From Stegastes partitus (Eukaryota): a stretch of 35,452 bases of DNA. Location of the stretch: the NCBI RefSeq assembly GCF_000690725.1, contig NW_007579125.1:84004-119455 (forward strand), given 5' to 3'. The stretch's first letter is position 1. Each line of letters opens with the position of its first letter. The notes beneath the pieces are model-generated. The model searched no databases, had not been told where the DNA came from, and worked only from the letters and a program-made list of their open reading frames with translations. The translations under genes and the position numbers were made by a program. This document shows, piece by piece, positions 10,390 to 20,635 of this stretch.

Positions 10390-10532
10390 TCAGTTTTGGG
10401 CTTGCTGGTATTGAGACGGCATTGGTTGTGGCCTCGGGTTCTTTAGTTCCCGCTGGTTGCGGGATTTTGTACAGTTTGTCCAAATGTTCGACATGATCCA
10501 GCAGCCTGGAAGACCCTCGTTCCACCACAAAC
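10390..10532 (-). CDS. tep1: tep1 exon: (R)FVVERGSSRLLDHVEHLDKLYKIPQPAGTKEPEATTNAVSIPASPKL
   Basis: Matches TEP1 'KFIAEHGASHLLEHVGQMDKIFKIPPPPGKTGVQSLRPLEED'. Acceptor 'ttttaccctttcgtatag', donor 'AG|gtaaag'. Confidence 0.8.
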
Positions 10533-11929
10533 CTATACGAAAGGGTAAAATAAAACTTTACAAATCTCAAAGGAGATTCTTGTGCCAGATATTGCTCAGA
10601 AATAACAAATTCCATAAGGTAAGCAATGCAAAAGTAAAAACCAATAAGATATCAGTACTGAAATTATTGAAATAAGTGAGTAAAATAAGGCTAGAATAGA
10701 ACAGTGAAAAGTAAGACAGGCGTTGTATTGGGATAATAACATCATACATGATTGAAAAAAATGAAGTGAAATGTCATATTGCGCCTGAAAAAGGAAATGA
10801 AAATAAAATATTGCAGATATTGACAATGCTGCACATGACAGTGAAATATTCTAGGTGTAACCAAAAAGTTACAAAGGAAAAGAAATAAAAGTATGAATTA
10901 CTGAACATTTCATCTTGAAAAATCTGACATTGCACAAACTATTGAGAAGTAATACTGCCATGATGTTGATAATATTGTTTATATCTAAGTGTCCAACATT
11001 TTCGGTGTCATTTCCTGCATAAAGGGGAGGAGTTACACCTGGTCGCATAGCTAAAGAAAGAGTTTTACATTTAGGGAACTCTTATTTGCTTTCTGGCCAA
11101 GAGTGGGCTACTCTCACATCTGCAGGATAACATGCAGCTATGGCCAGTTAGCTTAGCTTAGCATAAAGGTGGGTTTATTTGCTCTTTTTTATTACCTCTA
11201 AAAGCCATAATTTTTACAAGTCATACAGTCGTTTTGGAAAGTTTTCAGATCCCTTTAATTTTCACACACTTCACTGTGTTGCACGTGTAACTTTATATCA
11301 CTTAAACTGGCATTTTTCACACCTAATCAACCGTCAATAACAGAACATTTTGGCTGAAATTTCTCTGGCTTTAAATTTAAATGATTTATAATAACTTTGA
11401 ACTGCATTTCCTGGAGAACATACTAATGTGATGGTTGTCACTTTTTGCTCCATCTGTACAAGTAAAGCTACAGCACTATGAAGGGGTCTGAATATTATTT
11501 GATCTTCTTTTGTCCTTACAAAAACGAAGGCGTGTCCTTCTAAATACATATTGCTGGTTATTTATTTACTTTGGCTGAGCACAGTAACCTCCTCGTTGTT
11601 TTAATAGTTCTTTTTCTTTTTTTTTTTTAACAAATTGTGAAAATGTGTTTGGGATTTGTTTTGTTCAAACTGTTTAGGCTACGCTAAACTTTAGATTTCA
11701 GCTTCATATCTATTAGAACAGCTCTGAAGGTACTATAAGCCCTTTTATCTCACTTCGGCAAGACAGCAAACAATCCTACAGCCTAAAATGATGAATTAGC
11801 AAACATTAAATACAGTCCTACCATTATCAGTATACCATAAGGCTTTAGGGTACAGCATTTTTTTTTTTTACATTTGCATAATCGAGAGCCATCAGCTTTG
11901 TAATAAAAATGAACAACGGTGCATTTTAC

Positions 11930-12001
11930 CTCAGCAGTTGCTCACTGAAGCCTTTCAGGGTCACACAGTTCCTGTCAGGGGTCTCTTCATGATAGTATCG
12001 A
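11930..12001 (-). CDS. tep1: tep1 exon: (D)RYYHEETPDRNCVTLKGFSEQLL(R)
   Basis: Acceptor 'cctgtgctgttgtgcttag', donor 'AG|gtaaaa'. Matches TEP1 'LSTDLNPNDVTLSGCTDAIL'. Confidence 0.65.
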
Positions 12002-12097
12002 CTAAGCACAACAGCACAGGCATTCAAGGTGAGTTAGAAACAGGTAGACAAACAGAAGCCAGACCAACAAATGCATCTATTGTATTCTTAACAGGAA

Positions 12098-12552
12098 AAA
12101 GTATCATAATTTCCGGACTATTGAGCACACACCTGAATATAAGACGCACCCACAAACTTTAAAAAGAAAAAGAAAAAAAACTGCACATATATGAGCCGCA
12201 CTTGTCTATAACAGCATGAGACATTTACACAGAAAGATTTTTTGAACTTTTAATTAAATACGTACCAGCAACGCACACAAATACGTACCGTAAGTGCTTT
12301 TTTTATTTTTACGAGTAGTGCCTGTAACACGGCTGGTTAAAAAAATAAAAAATACAGCAGCCTACCAGGAAAAGTCATTGATCGCTATCTCCATCTTCCT
12401 CCCTAAAACCACTAAAGTCGTCTTCTTCAGTGTCGGAGTTGAACAGCCTCAGAATTAAATTCGTAAAAATCCATAAATTAGCCGCGTCATTGTTTAAGCC
12501 GCAGTGTTCAAAGCGTGTGGAAAAAAGTAGCGGCTTATAGTCCGGAAATTAT
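12098..12552. mobile_element. MITE-like non-autonomous element bounded by 17-bp perfect terminal inverted repeats 'cataatttccggactat' ... 'atagtccggaaattatg' (about 455 bp)
   Basis: The inverted-repeat pair was read directly at 12098-12114 and 12536-12552. No ORF lies between them. Confidence 0.45.
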
Positions 12553-12634
12553 GGTACACATCATCAGTGTTATCTTCCCAATACTGAGCATCTAAGACAG
12601 GATCGCACATATGTCCCAAAAAATAGTAACTTAC

Positions 12635-12756
12635 TCATCTGACAACAAGATGTTCACCACCAGGGCTTTGTTGTTTATGTCATTCTTGTAGCTCTTGAGA
12701 AACCAAGATACGTGAGAAGTTATGCTGCTGTCATCTATTACGATGAAGTTGTCCAC
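12635..12756 (-). CDS. tep1: tep1 exon (vWA-like part of the TROVE module): VDNFIVIDDSSITSHVSWFLKSYKNDINNKALVVNILLSD
   Basis: Acceptor 'tgtgtgtctcag', donor 'GA|gtaagt'. Matches TEP1 'VDRVILLGQSMDDGMINVAKQLYWQRVNSKCLFVGILL'. Confidence 0.75.
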
Positions 12757-13833
12757 CTGAGACACACAAAGTATATGAGCTCAACAAATTGACTCACAAC
12801 CTGGAATACCTGCATCCTGCTTGGGAGGTACAAGTGGGTATTTCTGCAGTTTCCACAAAGGGAAAAAGATCAGCTTAACTCATCTGTAACAATGTGAAAC
12901 TCCAATTTGAATAAAAAACAAAAACAAAAATGCACTGAGACATAAAAGGAGAGAAAACAAATCAAATGAGAATTAGGTTCATTTTTGCATCAGCCTCGCT
13001 TTGTCGGCCCATTTTGTAGAACATAATGGTCCCACTAAGTCATCATCTGTGACCGTTAATATGAGATCTGCACCTCCGGACACCTCAGTTTTTAACTTTG
13101 ACTTGAACGTGACTCTCAGTAGAAACTGTGTAAAATCACAGCTAAGCGTAATAATAATATCCCGCTGGAACTGTGTAATATCTGTTTATTTATTCTATAT
13201 GTGAGTTGTCGGCTTTCTATCTTTTTTTTCAATTTTGTTCTTTTTGTGCCACCCAGAAGAGTTCCTCTAAACTTTTGTTATACAGCTGTGCGAGACATTC
13301 TATTCTACGTAGATGTCAGCTCATTTTGCACTGCAGAATGGGACAGTAAAGTTTAAGCCACAGTATTATAACAGAGAAGCGCGTCCCAGTTGAACACATA
13401 CTGCATGAAAGAGTACGAACTTTGTGGGCCGTCGTACTCACTTGAATTAAAAATAAAAAGCATGTGGATACAGCCTATCATTCTGCCGGAGAACAAAGAA
13501 AATGTTCTGGCTTGTTTGAATTTTCTTTAAACTGATAGCGGAAGGAAAGGACAAAGCCGCCTGCAATGAGCAGCCAAAGTCAGGCTTATAGCCGCTGAGT
13601 CAGGCTATTTTCTCATAAACTTCTATACACTTGGAGCTTTTTTTTTTGCAACCAGAGTAATCGCCCCTTGCTGGCTGTTAGAAAGAATGCAGAGGATAGT
13701 TTTCAGACCCATCTGTGTTTTATATACAATATATGTGACTACAATAGCTGAACTGTAAGAAAATACAGTTTGGAGAGATTTATGTGGTAAAAAAAAAAAT
13801 CACAATTAAAAACAAATATACAAATGAACTAAC

Positions 13834-13899
13834 CTTGTTTTTCTTGGTGAACGTTCTGTAATAGTAGGTGGTATCACTCTCATCTTTGTCATATAGTTC
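13834..13899 (-). CDS. tep1: tep1 exon: ELYDKDESDTTYYYRTFTKKNK
   Basis: Acceptor 'ctttcacag', donor 'AAG|gttagt'. Matches TEP1 'EFDENDGWSLNTFGKYLLSLAGQR'. Confidence 0.65.
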
Positions 13900-14018
13900 C
13901 TGTGAAAGAGAATTAGTCATTAATAAAAGACTTGTATAAGCTGTATAGGATTTAAAAATACAACTTCTATCACATCTGATTACATGAAACACAACAAGAT
14001 TAGTATAAACATCCTGAC

Positions 14019-14171
14019 CTTCGCTTGCTTGGTCACAGTTCTGACATTATCCAGGAGGACATCAGACTTCAGCTCGACTTCTTCACAGTCATTATAATTT
14101 GTTAAGCAGAGCTGGCAATCCTCGGCACTGTTCTTGATCATCAGAGCGAGCAAAGCTCCCACCTCCAATGT
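14019..14171 (-). CDS. tep1: tep1 exon: TLEVGALLALMIKNSAEDCQLCLTNYNDCEEVELKSDVLLDNVRTVTKQAK
   Basis: Acceptor 'tttcctcccag', donor 'AAG|gtcagg'. Matches TEP1 'NYALLLIGMMITRAEQVDVVLCGGDTLKTAVLKAEEGILKTAIKLQAQ'. Confidence 0.75.
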
Positions 14172-14271
14172 CTGGGAGGAAATTAAATAAATTGAAATAA
14201 AGGTTAGTTGATGCAGCTATTTTTCACATGCCAGTCTTCTTCTGTGTTATCAGGGAAAAGGAGGCACTTAC

Positions 14272-14547
14272 AGAAGGAGTGTTCTTTTCAAGTGTTATAG
14301 ACCTCCTCCTGTGTCTCCTGCACTTCTCTTCGTCCTCCTCTCCCTCCTCCTCACTGGGTTTTTCCTCTGGCTCTGGAGGAAGGCAGAAGTCCCGTTTCTT
14401 GCTCCAGGCCACATTATTCTCCATGGTAGCAGTGAGCAGGATGACTGTTCGTCCCGGGAGCGGCGGCACGTTGTACTGACAGGAGATCCGAACTGACGTC
14501 TCCAGAGCTTTGCGGTAGCGGTCCAGCAGTTCGACGGAGTACAACCT
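14272..14547 (-). CDS. tep1: tep1 exon: RLYSVELLDRYRKALETSVRISCQYNVPPLPGRTVILLTATMENNVAWSKKRDFCLPPEPEEKPSEEEGEEDEEKCRRHRRRSITLEKNTPS
   Basis: Donor 'TCT|gtaagt'. The acceptor 'tccagtcag' is taken at the phase-0 AG. Matches TEP1 'GEMLNRYRQALETAVNLSVKHSLPLLPGRTVLVYLTDANADRLCPKS'. Confidence 0.75.
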
Positions 14548-14786
14548 CTGACTGGATGTACAGATGCAGAGAAAGTTTCATTTTCACAATCTACGCAGAT
14601 GTGAATTTTGTTTTTCTGTGTCTTGTTTAACTTAAATGACCAAACAAATGTTCCACGTGAGCTAAAAGGTGCATGTCGTGATGCTTTTGCACTTCCCCGA
14701 GCTCCCGTTGGAGGCTTTAACAGCAGTTTAGTGGCATCTTTCAATACGAGGAGCCGAGTTTTAAGTGTCACAAAGATGACCACCAC

Positions 14787-14871
14787 CGTAAATTTCCACG
14801 ATGGGGGATCAAAAAGGTTTTTCTTATGCTTCACAGCTAATCGGGCCTGGAGGAGGTTCTGTCCAGAGTTT
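14787..14871 (-). CDS. tep1: tep1 exon (tentative): (K)NSGQNLLQARLAVKHKKNLFDPPSWKFT
   Basis: Acceptor 'gtttaattcag'. The donor 'ACG|gtggtg' is weak. The phase bridges the flanking exons and there is loose similarity to TEP1 'LRMAMRIPVLYEQLKREKLRVHKARQWKY'. Confidence 0.4.
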
Positions 14872-14939
14872 CTGAATTAAACTGGCTGTGAGGTGCATCT
14901 CCCTTTCTCCAGTTCTTTTTCTGGCGATTCCCTGTGAGT

Positions 14940-15270
14940 GACACAGATTGTCTCGGCTGATGCTGCTGCAGCCTGTGAACTCATCCATAGTTCAGCATCC
15001 CAGCTGCAAACATCCCACCCTCAGTCTCTGATCGTCATCTCAGGAGACTGTAATCATACATTGCTCTCTGCCAATCTCCCCACATTCAGCCAACATGTGG
15101 ACTGCCCAACTGGAGATGGTGGGGCCTTGGACCTGCTGCTTGCGGACACCGGGGATGCATATTACTTAATTATTGTTATTTTCTTGAATTTTCTGTATTT
15201 TTGGATGATGCTGTGGCGTGTAAATTTCCCAGGTCTGGGATAAATAAAGTACGTTCTATGCTATTCTATT
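14940..15270 (+). mobile_element. Degraded non-LTR retrotransposon (LINE) fragment, the C-terminal part of the APE-type endonuclease domain with its 3' tail
   Basis: The + strand ORF carries 'VISGDCNHTLLSANLPTFSQHVDCPTGDGGALDLLLADTGDAY', resembling LINE endonuclease 'GDFNxHxD...LSQHVxxPTHxxGHTLDLV'. It ends with the tail 'gggataaataaagta' and a degenerate (CTAT)n. Confidence 0.45.
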
Positions 15271-15919
15271 GTGTTACCACAGAACCCTACAATCATTCGG
15301 CTGGAGATGCAGAAAACACGTTTTTTTTTACTTGGTCCTGATTTGTTCCATTACAGCAAACTGTTCTCCTCAAGGTGGCACATAATCGGTCCATTATGTG
15401 CAGAAGAAGAGTCACATGAAGCGTTAAACAACCCCCTTTTATGTGAGCGTGTACAGAGTTGGAGGGAGAAAATCTGGTTAAGAAACAAACCTGCTATCTC
15501 TATTTCAGGTTTTGTTAAGCTGGCTTACACAGAGAAAGCCTGGCTATGTCAAACTTGCATCATGGGCCTCAGTTCTTCACTTGTGCATTTCAAGCTGCTG
15601 TTGTCCCACCCTGCATACAATGCTGTGCAGCAGAGCTTTGTGTACTGCAGTGGCCCCTTACTGGTTGTTCGGTGTAAAGTAGTGTCAGAGCAGGGTTTTG
15701 CTGTAGAGTAAATCAGGCCATGTACAGAGCTGAATGCTGCTGCTTCTCCTGCTGCAGCTTATCTTTCCACGTTCTTGCCTTGGACAGTACTTCTCTGTCA
15801 GTATTTTATTTGTTTGGCATTTTTCAGTTACAAGAAACTAAATACCATTGCCGTGCTTTTGTTTGGACCAAAAAATTTGAGAACACATTAAATCATAGAA
15901 TTTAGTTAATTGGTAGCTA

Positions 15920-16252
15920 GTAGGGCTGCAGGGTGGCGCAGTTGGTAGCACTGTTGCCTCGCAGCAAGAAGGTTGCCGGTTCGCATCCCGGTGGGGGCAC
16001 CAGAATCTTTCTGCGTGGAGTTTGCTTCCTCCCACACAGTCCAAAAAACATGTTGAGGTTAATTGGTGATTCTAAATTGTCCGTAGGTGTGAATGTGAGT
16101 GTGCTTGGTTGTCTGTCTCTAAGTGTGGCCCTGTGATAGACTGGTTACCTGTCCAGGGTGTCTCCTGCCTTCACCCTGAGTCAGCTGGGATAGACTCCAG
16201 CGACCCTAGTGAGGATTAAGTGGAAAATGGATGGATGGATGGTAGTTGGGAC
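15920..16252 (+). mobile_element. tRNA-derived SINE copy 1
   Basis: The tRNA-like head has an A box 'tggcgcagttggtagc' and a B box 'ggttcgcatcc'. The body 'ctgtccagggtgtctcctgccttcaccctgagtcagctgggatagactccagc' and a (GGAT)n tail follow. It is close to 90% identical to 29474-29836 but lacks about 40 bp. Confidence 0.8.
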
Positions 16253-16636
16253 TTGAGTATTTTTTGTTTATTGTGTATATAAATGTAAGTATATTGTGCC
16301 TAACTTATGTTATGTACTGGTTATTTTCTGATTTCTGTTGGCAATTTGTGCTTTTGTTGCAGTTTTACAAATAAATTATGATTCTTTATTTAACACAAGA
16401 AAAGATATGCCTTGGTTTGTTGAGGACATTGAACTTTAAGCTCGCTGTCTACCTGTAAAATACATGCAACTCATCGGGAGGACAGTAAAACTGTTGTTGC
16501 CGCTTCTTAAGATATGGCGTGAAAAATACAAGAAAGACACTGCTTGTAAAACCAAGACAGATATAACTGCAAGTAAAGTGAAATTAATAAAAAATATGGA
16601 AGGAAATCAAAGATAAGGAACTGAAAAATCGCCTAC

Positions 16637-16829
16637 TTGGCCTTGAGGAGCTGGGCCTTCTTTATCTTGTACATTCGGTAGATGGAGGGAACGCCGAGCG
16701 TCACCCTCAGCCTGCTCCTGTTCGTCGTCTCCCAGTCCTGACGTCTGAAGCGGCAGCTCTTAGGAATCTTCTTCAGGATGTCCTTCAGCGTCTCTTTAGC
16801 TGAAGGCATCGTCTGCTGCGCCGTTGAGG
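16637..16829 (-). CDS. tep1: tep1 TROVE exon: (A)STAQQTMPSAKETLKDILKKIPKSCRFRRQDWETTNRSRLRVTLGVPSIYRMYKIKKAQLLKA(K)
   Basis: Acceptor 'cttcgtccaccag', donor 'AA|gtaggc'. Matches TEP1 'LPFPSNITLMRRILTRNEKNRPRRRFLCHLSRQQLRMAMRIPVLYEQLKREKLRVHKAR'. Confidence 0.75.
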
Positions 16830-16891
16830 CTGGTGGACGAAGAGGAAAACAAGAGGAGCTGTAGATGTGTTCTTGGTGTCACATGTACACA

Positions 16892-17520
16892 CCTATGCAG
16901 GGTTAGGTTTCATTAGTATAAAAATGCTTTACCGACAAGGCAAAAAAAGAAGAGACGGATACTCAGGAAGAACATTATACAACACAAGACTGGTCAGTCC
17001 AAACATGCGAGGTGGAAGAAAAGTTCCAGGACTGGTGTCACAAAAGATATATTTCAAACTACCAGTTTTCTCCTTCAGAAGCTCAACCAGCACAAAGAGA
17101 TCCTGCGGCGTTTGCGGCGTTCAGTGCGCGAGAAGAGGCGAGAGTTGTGGCAGGACAAGTCGTGGCTGCTGCACCATGACAACCTGCTCACAATGTCCTG
17201 AGCATCTGACAGTTCCTGGCTGAGAAGAACATCACGGTGCTGGAACAACCTCCCTACTCACCCCACCTGGCTCTGTGGGATTTGTTCCTCTTCCCCAAGC
17301 TCAAGGGGGTCATCAAGGGGACCCGTTTCAAAGACGTGGACGACATCAAGATGGCTGCGATGATGGAGCTGTGGAAGATCCCTGAAGAGTCCTTCCAGGA
17401 GTGCATGGTGGTGTGAGAGAGAAGGCTGGGGAAGTGTGTTAGACTCCAGGGGGATTACTTTGAAGGGAAAACTTGTAGTTTATAGTTTGGAATTGAAATA
17501 TATCTTTTATGGCACGAGTC
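16892..17520 (+). mobile_element. Degraded mariner-family (Tc1/mariner) transposon remnant carrying the 3' half of the transposase with frameshifts
   Basis: Frames on the + strand give 'KSWLLHHDNAPAHNVLSIRQFLAEKNITVLEQPPYSPDLA...FLFPKLKGVIKGTRFKDVDDIKMAAMMELWKIPEESFQECMVV...RLQGDYFEG'. These match the mariner catalytic C-terminus (HDNARPH...PYSPDLAP...D). A possible 5' TIR-like 'ttaggtttcattagtataaaaatg' sits near 16893. Confidence 0.75.
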
Positions 17521-17639
17521 CTGGAACTTTTCTGACACACCTCATAGTCAAAGACTCTCAAAATAAATAGTACATCAACACTAGATAAAATAATAAAATG
17601 CCACATCCAAGTACGGGAATGAACAAGTGGAACAAGTGT

Positions 17640-17725
17640 ACTTGTCTGTCTCTAAATGTGTCCTTGTGAACAACTGATGTCCCCTGAGTCAGCTGGGACA
17701 GACTCCAGTCAAAGGTCTTTATGCT
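17640..17725 (+). repeat. Partial 3' body of the same tRNA-derived SINE family
   Basis: 'ctgtctctaaatgtgtccttgtgaacaactgatgtcccctgagtcagctgggacagactccagtc' matches the body of the copies at 15920 and 29474. Confidence 0.6.
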
Positions 17726-17741
17726 AATTGATGTATCTCAC

Positions 17742-17820
17742 CGACATCGCGAAGCTCCATGATGACTTTGTAGGCAGCGAGGAACCTGAAAGGAAACTGC
17801 CGGCTCTGAATAACTGCTTT
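17742..17820 (-). CDS. tep1: tep1 TROVE exon: KAVIQSRQFPFRFLAAYKVIMELRDV
   Basis: Acceptor 'tgtgctttcag', donor 'G|gtgaga'. Matches TEP1 'KSVIHSRQFPFRFLNAHDAIDALEAQ'. Confidence 0.85.
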
Positions 17821-17910
17821 CTGAAAGCACAGCAAAAATGCAAGGTTATACAGAACTTCACCAACTGCATGTTAAGGGGTTGAAATTAGAAAAGAAACAA
17901 GTTTACCGAC

Positions 17911-18020
17911 CTTATCGGTGAGTCTGCTGAGGATCTTCTTGTGATGAGACTCGCTGATGCCCACGATGATCATGTTCCTCAGGTTCCTCAGCATGGCCAT
18001 GAAGGGAAGAGACCTTTTGT
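17911..18020 (-). CDS. tep1: tep1 TROVE exon: (D)KRSLPFMAMLRNLRNMIIVGISESHHKKILSRLTDK
   Basis: Acceptor 'ttctgtgcag', donor 'AAG|gtcggt'. Matches TEP1 'GKLPFMAMLRNLCNLLRVGISSRHHELILQRLQHA'. Confidence 0.9.
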
Positions 18021-18405
18021 CTGCACAGAAGAGACATTTTCTGTCAGTGTGTGTGATCATGAACATGTTTGTGTTGAAGTATCTGAAGGTGTGTTTTTGA
18101 ATGCATACGTCTTCTGTCTCATTGAAAGTGTACTGTACTAGATTTGAATCACAGCTTAAGTTTAATATTCTTCTACAAGGTGGAAATTGTGATTGAAAAT
18201 GTTGGACTGAATCTTTGAACAAGATGGGAAATTGTAAAGATAAACCACATTTAGAGGCATAAGGTGAAAGACAGCCCATCTTTTTTGATCACTAACTGAC
18301 CTTTTCCCCATCGTCACGCACTCAGAACACGGTGTGATTAAATTGCTCTTCCCTGCAAGCCTGTGCATGTTTGATGGCAAGCTGAAGCTGTGTGTGTTTG
18401 CAGAC

Positions 18406-18563
18406 CTATGAGCTTCTCCCAGGTGGCGGCCTTGTTGCCCTCCAGACTGAGCAGCTGTTCCCACGTCTGCGGTTCTTTGAGCTTCATTCGCTGGCCAGCT
18501 CTCTCCCGGTCCCAGTCGCCCTTTAGCCCACTGACGGTGAACGCCTTTGGGTCAGCAGGATAC
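18406..18563 (-). CDS. tep1: tep1 TROVE exon: (K)YPADPKAFTVSGLKGDWDRERAGQRMKLKEPQTWEQLLSLEGNKAATWEKLI
   Basis: Acceptor 'ccccag', donor 'G|gtctgc'. Matches TEP1 'YRYPSNLQLFSRSRLPGPWDSSRAGKRMKLSRPETWERELSLRGNKASVWEELI'. Confidence 0.85.
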
Positions 18564-19526
18564 CTGGGGAAAAAACACAACCACACATTACTCCTTCTGC
18601 TTATCTACATGTTCATTACAAAGAGAATAAATGAATAATTTCAACCTGAAGGACAGTAAATGAACAGTTTTTTCTTAATGAGAGCCTTTCAGTTAGTCAA
18701 AAAAGGCTCTGTGACAAAGAGCTCATAGTTTTTGTGCTGATAACCTCACTACTCCGCATATTTTTTATTTCTAAAAATTGTGGGACATTTTTTTGCTATT
18801 AAAGCAAAAGATATAAGTATTTCTCCTGATGTAAAACAACAAAACTCCAGACACACTTTTACAGGCAGTATATTGTAATGTGAAACCTGGTTTAATGAAA
18901 CAACGGAGTATTGCGTTAAGATCCTTTTAAGTATTTACTTACATTGTTGTGACACATTCGTCACTGAATGTTGGCATATGACAGATAATGAGTGACAATA
19001 TGATACAACATGACTTTAAAAATATAAAACTTATCTTCAAAGGACTGATTTTTTTTGTACATATTACGCAGGTTAATAATAAATTCATTAAAAATGCCCT
19101 AACTGCTTATGACGACATAATATCCTGTTACGAAGTGTTGCAGAATTTCCACCATCACAGTAAAATTAGAAGCATAAACATAGTTAGATTGCAAATTATT
19201 ATTTTTTATGCTATTGTTCTGTGTGGCATCATCTAGATCGAACCTACTTTAAATGCATAAAGCATGTAGACATTATAATTTTATAGTTTATATTACGTTG
19301 GTAAAATAATAATAAAAGTATAGTTATAAATGTATACATGTTGTCTTTCCTTTGTTCTTAACCATATTACATTTTCAGGGTTAGTTTTTAATTTTTCATG
19401 AATATCTCCTGATTTCTAAAGTTACTTGTTGCTCAGTTAATTTATTTGACTGAGTCCACCTGAGCTAAACTTTTGACTTTGAGTGTATTAAACAGAAACA
19501 CCACAAACAACAATTCTGTGTCTTAC

Positions 19527-19651
19527 TTTTTCCCCAGAATGGCCATCACGTGTTCAGCCGGCTCTTTAATGTGGAACTTCTTGATCATCTTCTTTATGCT
19601 GAACTCGCTCTGCTTCTTGTCCACCTTCTTTTGGTTGCCTTCAACCTGCAA
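19527..19651 (-). CDS. tep1: tep1 TROVE exon: LQVEGNQKKVDKKQSEFSIKKMIKKFHIKEPAEHVMAILGK(K)
   Basis: Acceptor 'ctgtgcag', donor 'AA|gtaaga'. Matches TEP1 'FTLKKLVQRLHIHKPAQHVQALLGYR'. Confidence 0.8.
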
Positions 19652-19794
19652 CTGCACAGAGACGCACAGAAACCAGCATTAGTCAGCGGTTACACAGCAG
19701 TGTGAAGCCTCGCAAAATAAACTTGCCCGCCACAGAAAAAATACAATAAAGCATCAGAATTTTTAGCTCTTAATTTTGCAACTAGGCCCATATC

Positions 19795-19816
19795 CACACA
19801 CACACACACACACACA
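19795..19816. repeat. (CA)n microsatellite
   Basis: Direct dinucleotide repeat. A similar (CA)n lies at 21821-21840, abutting the donor of a tep1 exon. Confidence 0.9.
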
Positions 19817-19968
19817 ACAGAGATGGATGTAAACTCTGAACACCTGGTTTTAGCAAAATACCACATCCAATATTACTTCAGAAACCTTCCAGACATTAAG
19901 TAGTGACTCAAAATTTAAAAACAGCCATAAACTTTATTCAGAGACAATAGAAAAGAACATTAACTTAC

Positions 19969-20040
19969 AAATTTCTTCAGAATAGTTTTTTCTGATCTGA
20001 GCATGTTCGCCCACTTATTCAGTTGGTCATCGGTCACTTC
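19969..20040 (-). CDS. tep1: tep1 TROVE exon: EVTDDQLNKWANMLRSEKTILKKF
   Basis: Acceptor 'ttctgtgatttccag', donor 'TTT|gtaagt'. Confidence 0.7.
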
Positions 20041-20253
20041 CTGGAAATCACAGAAAATGTATTTAGAACAAACCACGGAGGGAACAAGAAAGTGGTTTTT
20101 ATTTTATTATATTGCCTCAGTAAAAGGAAAAGAAACACACTTTTTACTAATACTGCCAAACTTTTTCTCCAATAACAGGGTGGCAGCATGAGTGTAACTC
20201 TGTTAAACCGTAGTTTCAGCACTGAAACAAAAAAAGAAAGCAGAGAACAACAC

Positions 20254-20391
20254 CTGTCCTCTGTTCTTCTTGTTGGGGTGTTTGCAGCGCTGTTTGCGTG
20301 TGTTGTATTTAGCCAGCTGATACTCGTTGAAGTCCTTGAACTTGTCAGCCATTGCCTTCTTCAGGCACATCGGCAGAGAGCGGCTGAAGCA
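20254..20391 (-). CDS. tep1: tep1 TROVE exon: CFSRSLPMCLKKAMADKFKDFNEYQLAKYNTRKQRCKHPNKKNRGQ
   Basis: Acceptor 'tctgttttcag', donor 'CAG|gtgttg'. Matches TEP1 'LPACLRTAMTDKFAQFDEYQLAKYNPRKHRAK'. Confidence 0.85.
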
Positions 20392-20470
20392 CTGAAAACA
20401 GACGATGAGTGCTCAGAAAGAAGTGAAACACAGAGACTCCAACGTGCAGAGGAAGCTCACTGAGACTTAC

Positions 20471-20635
20471 TGTGCTGTAGATTCTGACTACCTCCAGCCA
20501 GTCGGAGGGCAGCTGTACGGCAGCACAGAAGTATCTGCGGAAGTGAGGCTTGGTGGAGGGCTGGTTAGCAGCCAGAGCCAGTAAGAAGTTGGCTGTGATG
20601 CGGATGTTTAACTCCTGTCGAGTGTAAAGTGCCAC
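20471..20635 (-). CDS. tep1: tep1 TROVE exon: VALYTRQELNIRITANFLLALAANQPSTKPHFRRYFCAAVQLPSDWLEVVRIYST
   Basis: Acceptor 'tttcccatccag', donor 'ACA|gtaagt'. Matches TEP1 'ASLYARQQLNVRNVANNILAIAAFLPACRPHLRRYFCAIVQLPSDWIQVAELYQS'. Confidence 0.9.

Noticed and set aside
15271-15711. A 146-aa plus-strand ORF lies downstream of the LINE endonuclease fragment.
   Set aside because: It shows no recognisable reverse-transcriptase motifs (no FxDD/YxDD). It may be degraded LINE ORF sequence but cannot be supported.
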